Assembly (NCBI GenBank): GCA_030650425.1 | Contig: JAUSED010000008.1 | Location: 196,554-260,553, forward strand | From: Candidatus Omnitrophota bacterium | GTDB lineage: Bacteria > Omnitrophota > Gorgyraeia > Gygaellales > Profunditerraquicolaceae | Length of the DNA: 64,000 nt | Reading direction: 5' to 3' | Shown here: positions 16,646 through 23,648 of the stretch, in pieces | Numbering within the stretch: the stretch's first letter is position 1 | How the letters are laid out: the number at the start of each line of letters is the position of its first letter | Notes under the pieces: generated by a model | Seen by the model: the letters and a program-made list of their open reading frames with translations, nothing else | Database searches by the model: none | Told to the model about the DNA's origin: nothing | Translations under genes and position numbers: made by a program

Positions 16646-17533
16646 ATGAAAAAAACTATGTTTAAGCGAAGTATGATTATTTTATTTCTTTTATGCCTAG
16701 CGGGATTTTTAAGTTTAGCTGGCGCGGTAGACCTTCCCAATATCAATAAATCAAAGATAAGGTTTTCTATCGCTCCGGGAAAGGCTGAATATGGAGAAAT
16801 AATTGTGGAGAACCAGAGCGCTGAGCCGCGGAGCATGCGGGTATATTTGTCGGATTGGGATTATTTACCTCCGGCTGATGGCACCAAAGAATTTTTACCG
16901 ATTAGCTCAACACCTCTATCTTGCGCCGCGTGGATAAGTTTCTCTCCCGCGGAGTTTATTTTGCCCCCATTTAGTAAACAAAAAATAGATTATTCCGTTA
17001 AGGCGCCTGCCGGCGCCTCCGGCGGTTATTATGCCGCGTTATTTTTTGAAAGCATCTTCGCCAAAGCGCAAGCCCCCAAGGAAGGGATGCAGGTGGGGAT
17101 GAATCTGGTGATCAGGATTGCCACTCTTTTTTATGTCGACGTAGAAGGCACGGTTAAGAGGACAGCTTCAATCGATAACTTATTATTTAAGAAAGACGTT
17201 GGAAAGGTTCAGTATTCTATTGGGTTGGATTTTCGTAATACCGGAAATGTCGATATTAGCGCGGGGGGCACATTTCATATAATGGACGATAAGGGTATGG
17301 TCATTGCCAGAGGCGAGTTGAATGATGCCTATACTTTTCCCGCGGCTGGCGCTAAGCTGGCCGCGACACTTAAAGAGGGCCTTCCGAAAGGCAAGTATGA
17401 TTTAGTTTTCACCCTAGATTTAGGCAAAGCGCTTGAAGAAGCAAATATAGGCAGAGGGCCGATTATCACCAAAGAAGCCGAAATATCAATTGGCGAAAAC
17501 GGTAAGATTTTAAATATTGGCCAGTTAAAGTAA
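16646..17533 (+). CDS. Putative periplasmic pilus chaperone (PapD/DUF916-like two-Ig-domain protein)
   Basis: Signal peptide; I.PG....GEI.V.N, WISFSPAEF.L, GGYYAALFFE, F.NTGNV, L.KGKYDL. The ORF track starts at 16616, but the SD-supported start is 16646. Confidence 0.6.
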   Translation: MKKTMFKRSMIILFLLCLAGFLSLAGAVDLPNINKSKIRFSIAPGKAEYGEIIVENQSAEPRSMRVYLSDWDYLPPADGTKEFLPISSTPLSCAAWISFSPAEFILPPFSKQKIDYSVKAPAGASGGYYAALFFESIFAKAQAPKEGMQVGMNLVIRIATLFYVDVEGTVKRTASIDNLLFKKDVGKVQYSIGLDFRNTGNVDISAGGTFHIMDDKGMVIARGELNDAYTFPAAGAKLAATLKEGLPKGKYDLVFTLDLGKALEEANIGRGPIITKEAEISIGENGKILNIGQLK

Positions 17534-17553
17534 GATGAAAAAGGAGAAAGAAG

Positions 17554-18150
17554 ATGAAGAAAATAATATTTTTAGGAGCAGCGGGTTTGGCGCTGGGGTT
17601 GGCTTCATTGTGTTTTGCTGGCACAAGCATAAGAGTAGCAGCTACCATCGGTGAAACGCATCAGATTAATGTGGTCCTCAATAGAGTCGCAAGCCAGGGC
17701 GCGACCCCGACCCTGGTTAGCGATCTTACAGGCACAGGCATGGATTTTGGCACATTGGTAAAAGGCGCGGATAATAATTTCAGGTCGCCTGTTTATTTCT
17801 TTATAGACGCGCCTGTGGTTTCTAACAAAACAGGCTGGACCATAACTCACACCGCCACTGATTTTGCCAATTCAGCGGGTAATAATTTAAACGCTAACAC
17901 GAATGTGGTATTTGAGAAGGTGGATAACTTAACTAATTCGGAACTCGCGCTTGGGAATAATTACTTTACCAGCTACGCGGCAGCTAAAACAAAATCAGCA
18001 ATTACGCAAGCTGAACTTGCGAACGCCCGCTTAAGAATTTACTACAGTTTAGCCAGCGGCGCCGGAGACGCGGCAGGGGTATCGGTTATCACCGCGGCTC
18101 AGCCGACAGGCAATTATGTGGGGACGGTGACTTTGACTCTTTCTCCGTAA
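17554..18150 (+). CDS. Putative pilin subunit B, paralog of 15953-16546
   Basis: Long identical stretches with pilin A (e.g. IDAPVVSNKTGWTITHTATDFANSAGNNLNANTNV); C-terminal GNYVGTVTLTLSP. Confidence 0.6.
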   Translation: MKKIIFLGAAGLALGLASLCFAGTSIRVAATIGETHQINVVLNRVASQGATPTLVSDLTGTGMDFGTLVKGADNNFRSPVYFFIDAPVVSNKTGWTITHTATDFANSAGNNLNANTNVVFEKVDNLTNSELALGNNYFTSYAAAKTKSAITQAELANARLRIYYSLASGAGDAAGVSVITAAQPTGNYVGTVTLTLSP

Positions 18151-18151
18151 G

Positions 18152-20947
18152 ATGAAAAAGTTTAGCGTCATTTTATTAATTTTGATTTTTTTTTCCTCCT
18201 TCGTTTTGCCTTCCCATAGTTACGCTCTTGTGCCGGAATACCTTTGTGAAACCGGGATTAAGTTTTACCAGCAAGGCAGGTATAGCGAAGCCCTGCAGGA
18301 ATTTAATAAAGCCCTGTTAATCGCGGCTAATTATGAGCCTGCCTTAAAATATATCCATAAGATTCAGGCATTAGAATTCCAAGAGCCGCCGGAAGAGAAA
18401 AGCATTGAAATAAATTTAGAGCCCTCCCGCAAAAACCCTATTCTAGAACGAGAAATCGCCATGGAAAGGGCGCTAAAAGTTATTAGCCGCAAAAATCCTA
18501 TCCTAGAACGGGAAGCCGTAATGGAAAGAGTACTCAGGTTAGAAGAAAAGAAAAGGCGAAAAGCCCTCTTGTCCCAGCCAAAAGTTCTTACCCTTGATGA
18601 ATTATTAGCTAAGCTAACCGGTGCTTTAGAAATTGAGCAGGGTAAGAGTTTAAGCCTGCATAGCTCAGGTATGCGGCGATTTTTGGTCACCCAGCCGGAT
18701 ATTATCAGGGTGGAAAGAAATACCTCTGAGCAAATATTAGTCACGGGTATTAATCTTGGCTATACCTATTTACATGTTTGGGATGCTAACGGACGCCATA
18801 CTTTGGAAATTCTTACGGTTCCTGCTAAGCCAGAAGGAGAATCATTAGAAGATATATCGCGCCGGGAAGAAGAAAAAGCGAGAAATTTTAAACTGACTTA
18901 TTCTATGGATTGGTCCACTTATGCTACCGGCGCAAGATGGGCTGCTTTAAAACGTTCGAATTATTATTACATCCATAATTTAGGGTTGGCCGGAGAGACG
19001 CCATACGGAAACCTTGATTCATCGCTGGCGGTAAACCGCTATAATAGCCTTACGGAGCTTACGCATTATACTTTGGGCTTAACTAACGGTAAATTTGGCG
19101 ATTTTAAGGATTTTACCCTGCGCGCTTTTGATTTTTTTGACATCCCTCCGGATTTTTCTAACCTCGCTTTCCCCGGGATACCCTTAAGGGGGGCTATGCT
19201 TGCTTCTCCGGCATTCAATAATAAGCTTAATTACACTGTGTTTTCCGGTAAAGAAAATTGGTCCGGATTTGCCGGTCTCTCTCCCGCGTTAAACCAGGAA
19301 AGGAAGGCCTATTTAGAAGGATTGAATATCGGCTTTACTCCCACGAAAAAGCAAAATTATAAATTTACCTTAATTCACGGCTGGGGCAAGGATCGAGGCC
19401 CGGCGCTTAAATCTTTAGGCTATGATTTAATGGGTGATTGGCTTTTAGATAAGTGGAAATTGGGGTACGAGTCGGCCAGCGATACAAAAAATTTTGCCAA
19501 TCTTTTAAAAATAGATTATCTCCGGCCAAATTTAAGTTTTAACGCGCAATTAAGGGATATTGATAAGGGTTTTGAGAGCATAACCGGGAGCGGATGGAGC
19601 CAGGGGCAGTTAGGCGGGCTGTTTAATTTTAATTACAGGCCTTGGGAAAAATTAGAAATATATAGCAGTTTGGATCTTTTTAAAGACAGGTTATATCCGG
19701 CTCCGGGAAACAATAATCGTTGGAATGAGGATTTTAACTGGAATAGCGTTTATAGGGTTGACCCCCTAACTTCATTATCTCTAAACTACACTTTGCAGAA
19801 TGAATTAGGCAGGATTTCACAATATCGTTATCAAAGCATAGACGCGGGCATCAACCGGACTTTTAAGTTTTTTAAAGATGTAAATTTATTCCTCAAATAT
19901 TATGATCAGCAGAATACAAATTTTTCTTCCCCTGTTTCTAGTTACAGTAACCAACGCGTCTATGCGGGAGCCAAAATTAATCTTACGCGCGATTTATACT
20001 ATTACGCGAACAAAGAGATTAATTGGTTAACTGAAAGATCTAGCGGTAACAAGACTCAGCCTCAAGCTTTTGAAACAGGGCTGGATTGGAGCGGGCAGAT
20101 TGGTAAATCGCCTTTGTTTGGGGCTTGTCGTTTCACCTACAGGGATGAACAAGATACGACGTCAAATTTAAGTTTTCTTTCGGGTGAGGATTATATCGAA
20201 GGTTATTCTGAATTATCTTATCGGCCGACTACAGATACTCAAGTTTACGGTTCTTGCCGGGTGCGCAATGTTTGGGCGGATAATCCTAATGTGAATAAGC
20301 GCCTGGAAGCAAGTTTTAACGCGGGTATACGTTTTCTTTGGGATACGGGTATAAATTGGCAGGCAGTTGGCGATATTGATGGATATGTGTTTAAGGACCT
20401 GAATTATGATGGGATAATGGAAAGGGATGAGCCTCCGGTAGAGGGAATAAAGGTGCGGTTGGGCAGGAATAGGACTGCCGTGACAGATATCTTTGGTTAT
20501 TATCAATTTAAAAATGTCCGGGGTAATAAAGTTTATGTTAATTTAGACACTGCTACGATACCAAATGGTTTCGTGCTGACTGTTCCGGCAACTCAAGGCG
20601 TCTCTATCAGTCAGTATCAGACCGCGCGGGTGGATTTCGGCATAATCTCCCGTTCTGAAATATTCGGCTATGTCTTTGAAGATTTAGACGGTGATAATCA
20701 GCTTGATAAGAAGGATAAAGGAATCCGCAATGTTGTTATTATATTAGAAGATGGCGCCAAAAGGACTACGGATAGCGGCGGTAAATATTCATTCTCGAGT
20801 GTTTCCTCTGGCGAGCATGAGATAACCTTAGATTTAAATACTCTGCCGGTTTATTATCTGCCCAAGACAGTTTTGACAAAAAAAATCACCCTTTTTGAGG
20901 GTGTAGCCTATAATTATAATATTCCTCTGAAAAGAACTAAAGAATAG
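18152..20947 (+). CDS. Usher-like outer-membrane protein: TPR - secretin-N-like domain - beta-barrel - two SdrD-B/Cna-like domains
   Basis: Signal peptide; GIKFYQQGRYSEALQEF (TPR); LEIEQGKS...VTQPDII...ILVTG..LGYTYLHVWD; long amphipathic beta region; GYVFKDLNYDG..E.PVEGI..TDIFGYYQF and GYVFEDLDGD..TDSGGKYSF. Confidence 0.62.
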   Translation: MKKFSVILLILIFFSSFVLPSHSYALVPEYLCETGIKFYQQGRYSEALQEFNKALLIAANYEPALKYIHKIQALEFQEPPEEKSIEINLEPSRKNPILEREIAMERALKVISRKNPILEREAVMERVLRLEEKKRRKALLSQPKVLTLDELLAKLTGALEIEQGKSLSLHSSGMRRFLVTQPDIIRVERNTSEQILVTGINLGYTYLHVWDANGRHTLEILTVPAKPEGESLEDISRREEEKARNFKLTYSMDWSTYATGARWAALKRSNYYYIHNLGLAGETPYGNLDSSLAVNRYNSLTELTHYTLGLTNGKFGDFKDFTLRAFDFFDIPPDFSNLAFPGIPLRGAMLASPAFNNKLNYTVFSGKENWSGFAGLSPALNQERKAYLEGLNIGFTPTKKQNYKFTLIHGWGKDRGPALKSLGYDLMGDWLLDKWKLGYESASDTKNFANLLKIDYLRPNLSFNAQLRDIDKGFESITGSGWSQGQLGGLFNFNYRPWEKLEIYSSLDLFKDRLYPAPGNNNRWNEDFNWNSVYRVDPLTSLSLNYTLQNELGRISQYRYQSIDAGINRTFKFFKDVNLFLKYYDQQNTNFSSPVSSYSNQRVYAGAKINLTRDLYYYANKEINWLTERSSGNKTQPQAFETGLDWSGQIGKSPLFGACRFTYRDEQDTTSNLSFLSGEDYIEGYSELSYRPTTDTQVYGSCRVRNVWADNPNVNKRLEASFNAGIRFLWDTGINWQAVGDIDGYVFKDLNYDGIMERDEPPVEGIKVRLGRNRTAVTDIFGYYQFKNVRGNKVYVNLDTATIPNGFVLTVPATQGVSISQYQTARVDFGIISRSEIFGYVFEDLDGDNQLDKKDKGIRNVVIILEDGAKRTTDSGGKYSFSSVSSGEHEITLDLNTLPVYYLPKTVLTKKITLFEGVAYNYNIPLKRTKE
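18425..18544 (+). repeat. 60-bp tandem duplication (20-aa repeat SRKNPILERE..MER.L) within the usher-like gene
   Basis: CCGCAAAAAYCCTATYCTAGAACGRGAA recurs at a 60-nt period. Confidence 0.85.
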
Positions 20948-20948
20948 C

Positions 20949-21248
20949 TTAGCGGCTATAAAGCGTTTCTAAATCAAGTAAAAGTTTTTCTCCCGCGATA
21001 ACCCTTATTTCTTGGGTGTCTTTCTGGAAGATTGCCGGAGAGTTAGCCTGTTCTTTTGTGTTTGTAACCCTAGGCTCCTGAAGAATAGGCATATTTTTTC
21101 CGGGTATAGCAGGGATAATGCAGGATATTCTTACGGAATAACTATTGTCAGCTGCCATTACCGGATATAATAATGCCAAGGTGAATACCGCGGATATAAT
21201 CAGCCTAAGCGTTATTTTTGTAAGTTTCAGCTCCATTTTATCCCCCAC
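20949..21248 (-). CDS. Small secreted protein (about 95-99 aa) downstream of the second c-di-GMP riboswitch
   Basis: SD AAGGAG on the minus strand; signal peptide ..LIISAVFTLALLYPVMA; convergent with the usher-like gene. Confidence 0.7.
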   Translation of the reverse strand: MGDKMELKLTKITLRLIISAVFTLALLYPVMAADNSYSVRISCIIPAIPGKNMPILQEPRVTNTKEQANSPAIFQKDTQEIRVIAGEKLLLDLETLYSR

Positions 21249-21262
21249 TCCTTAAATCCCTC

Positions 21263-21296
21263 AATAAAAAAGCCCTAAGGCAAACCCTTAGGGCTT
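21263..21296 (-). terminator. Leader terminator 2 of the minus-strand riboswitch
   Basis: Minus strand reads AAGCCCTAAG-GGTTTGC-CTTAGGGCTTTTTT. Confidence 0.75.
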
Positions 21297-21303
21297 ATAG
21301 AAC

Positions 21304-21330
21304 AAAAAACCTTGAGGCAGGCTCAAGGTC
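21304..21330 (-). terminator. Leader terminator 1 of the minus-strand riboswitch
   Basis: Minus strand reads GACCTTGAG-CCTGC-CTCAAGGTTTTTT. Confidence 0.7.
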
Positions 21331-21340
21331 TAAGATCACC

Positions 21341-21420
21341 CTTTGGCAGCCAGGCTGTCCTTATCTTTTAAGGATCCTTAGCTTTGCGTCCTACCCTTAC
21401 GGATAGTTTGCCTTTATCAG
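21341..21420 (-). ncRNA. c-di-GMP-I (GEMM) riboswitch
   Basis: Reverse complement CTGATAAAGGCAAACTATCC-GTAA-GGGTAGGACGCAAAGCTAAGGATCCTT...AAGGACAGCCTGGCTGCCAAAG matches the GEMM consensus. Confidence 0.92.
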
Positions 21421-21549
21421 TAGCTTAAATACTCAAATTGTCAAATGCGCGATTTTACCTTATTCCTATAGTAAATATAACATATTTTTGGCGAATTTAC
21501 CAATTTTTTCCCCAATCACTTCCAAGACAAAATTTTCCCGCTCCGGTAC

Positions 21550-21608
21550 CGTAAAATCTTACGATTATACTTAGGTACAATTGATTTAATTTCTGTCACT
21601 CCTATAAT
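21550..21608 (+). promoter_or_regulatory. Double palindromic operator plus promoter (copy 2)
   Basis: CGTAAAATCTTACG-A-TTATACTTAGGTACAA-TTGATT-N16-TATAAT. Confidence 0.72.
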
Positions 21609-21682
21609 AAAATTGTGAAGCTAGAAGGGTTCCGTAAAAAACTGGCCGGCCGGATCCAGCCCGCGGGCGAAGGGAGTGAATC

Positions 21683-22678
21683 ATGACCATTCTTATTGTG
21701 GACGATAACGAGCCAAATCTCTGTCTACTCCAGGTTCTCCTGAATGGAAACGGGCATCAGGTTGTCAGTGCCGCCAATGGCGCCGAGGCGTTAGCCAAGG
21801 CGCGGCAGAATCCGCCGGATATTGTCGTCAGCGACATCCTGATGCCGGTGATGGACGGGTTCGCCTTGTGTCGTGAATGGAAGAAGGACGAACGCCTGCG
21901 GCAAATCCCGTTTGTTTTCTACACCGCGACCTACACCGATGAGCGCGATCGAGAGTTCGCGCTCAGTCTTGGCGCGGAGCAATTTCTCGTCAAACCGGTG
22001 GAGCCGAAGGCCTTCATGCGAACGATTCTGGAAGTCATCCAGCAAGTCCAGCGTCCGTCCGCAGCGCCGACCCGCGTGCCGATCGAAGCGCCGCGGCAAG
22101 AGGAAATCGGCTATCTGAAACAATACAACGAGGTACTTATCCGTAAGCTAGAAGCGAAGATGGAGCAGTTGGAGCAGGTCAACCGCGAACTGGAACGCGA
22201 CATCACCGAGCGCAAGAAGACGGAAGCGGAATTGAAAAAGTCTGAACAGGAATTGCGCGAAGATAAATTGCTTTTGGAACAGAAGAACTTAGCCCTGGCG
22301 GAATTATTAGAGCATATGGAAAGGGCTAAGAATAAGACAAAAGAAGATATAGCGATAAATGTGGAAGAATTCATAACGCCGATTTTAAAGAAACTAAAAA
22401 TAAAAGGCGCCTCACCTAAATATATTAAACTGCTCGAGCATCATTTGAAGGAATTAATCTCGTCTTTCGGCCGTAAGATAACACAAAGAAGCACGAGGTT
22501 ATCATCTCGAGAAATTGAAATTTGTGACATGATAAAAGGCGGCCTTTCCAGCAAAGAAATTTCTGAACTTTTAAATGTATCCTACCAGACAATAGACAAG
22601 CACCGCAGAAATATCAGAAAAAAGCTAGCCATAGCTAAGAAAAAAGTTAATTTAACCTCTTTTCTGCAAAAACTCTAA
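21683..22678 (+). CDS. Response regulator: REC - coiled coil - LuxR HTH
   Basis: ILIVDDN, SDILMPVMDG, FLVKP; ERDITERKK; LSSREIEIC..IK.GLSSKEI..LL..S..TI..HRRNIRKKL. Confidence 0.88.
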   Translation: MTILIVDDNEPNLCLLQVLLNGNGHQVVSAANGAEALAKARQNPPDIVVSDILMPVMDGFALCREWKKDERLRQIPFVFYTATYTDERDREFALSLGAEQFLVKPVEPKAFMRTILEVIQQVQRPSAAPTRVPIEAPRQEEIGYLKQYNEVLIRKLEAKMEQLEQVNRELERDITERKKTEAELKKSEQELREDKLLLEQKNLALAELLEHMERAKNKTKEDIAINVEEFITPILKKLKIKGASPKYIKLLEHHLKELISSFGRKITQRSTRLSSREIEICDMIKGGLSSKEISELLNVSYQTIDKHRRNIRKKLAIAKKKVNLTSFLQKL

Positions 22679-22718
22679 TCCGCAAAAATTTAAGCGCTGT
22701 ACCCCCCCCATAATGTGA

Positions 22719-22739
22719 TTGGGTATATTATATACCCAA
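22719..22739. promoter_or_regulatory. Perfect palindrome, candidate operator upstream of FixJ copy 2
   Basis: TTGGGTATAT-T-ATATACCCAA. Confidence 0.5.
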
Positions 22740-22844
22740 TATCTACCCATTAAACCCACGTTGCAAAAAATCCTTATATAAGATACTTTAGATATCGCGA
22801 ATAAAGAACAGTACTCTTACCTTTATACTCATAAGGACGCTTAA

Positions 22845-23471
22845 ATGAACAACCGCAGGTCTATTATCTATATCGTTGATGACGATGTCTCTGTGTGCAG
22901 GGCTCTATCTTTATTGTTAAAATCACACGGGTTTAAGGTTGAGACGTTTACGCTCGCGGCAGACTTCCTGGCATTTAAGCGCCTTAAATTGCCATCGTGC
23001 TTGATCTTGGACATCCAGCTGCCGGATATCAATGGGCTTGTCCTTCAGGAAACAATGGCCGCACGACAACTTACGATTCCCATTGTTTTTATCACCGGAC
23101 ATGGCGATATCCCAATGAGCGTTAAAGGCATGAAGGCAGGGGCTATTGATTTTCTTCCTAAACCCTTTACTAAGAATAAACTACTTGATGCCGTAACCTT
23201 GGCCATCTCAAAAAACAAAATCCAAATTAAAGAACAAGCCGAAATAGCAAAAATTAAGCGCCGCATCAAGACCTTGTCTCCGCGAGAACTAGAAGTTTTT
23301 CGACTCGTAGCCAAAGGGATGCTGAGTAAGCAGATTGCTCGAAAGCGGGGAATTTCTCTCCAGACGATAAAGATTCACCGTAGCCGGGCGATGCGGAAGA
23401 TGCAGGCTAAAACCGTGACTGAGTTCATCCGCTTTGCCCAAAAAGCAGGTGTTACTTCCCCCCAGCGTTAA
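22845..23471 (+). CDS. FixJ-family response regulator, copy 2
   Basis: Close paralog of 13716-14342; both are 208 aa. Confidence 0.93.
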   Translation: MNNRRSIIYIVDDDVSVCRALSLLLKSHGFKVETFTLAADFLAFKRLKLPSCLILDIQLPDINGLVLQETMAARQLTIPIVFITGHGDIPMSVKGMKAGAIDFLPKPFTKNKLLDAVTLAISKNKIQIKEQAEIAKIKRRIKTLSPRELEVFRLVAKGMLSKQIARKRGISLQTIKIHRSRAMRKMQAKTVTEFIRFAQKAGVTSPQR

Positions 23472-23516
23472 GTAAACTTTAATACTTCAAAGATACAATT
23501 TTCCTGCGAGGCAATA

Positions 23517-23552
23517 GTAAAATCCTACGATAATACCTAAGTATAATTGATT
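23517..23552 (+). promoter_or_regulatory. Double palindromic operator (copy 3), upstream of the autotransporter
   Basis: GTAAAATCCTACGA-TAATACCTAAGTATAA-TTGATT. Confidence 0.65.
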
Positions 23553-23648
23553 ATATTTTTATTTTTTGTAAAGTACCTCTAGTTATAAGAAAATGAAAAT
23601 ATTACCAATTTCAGTTATTGAGCGCAAACTCAAAAAGGGGGTAATGCT

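Noticed and set aside
22702-22709. C8 homopolymer as a phase-variation switch
   Set aside because: The tract is short, intergenic and not between recognisable -35/-10 boxes.
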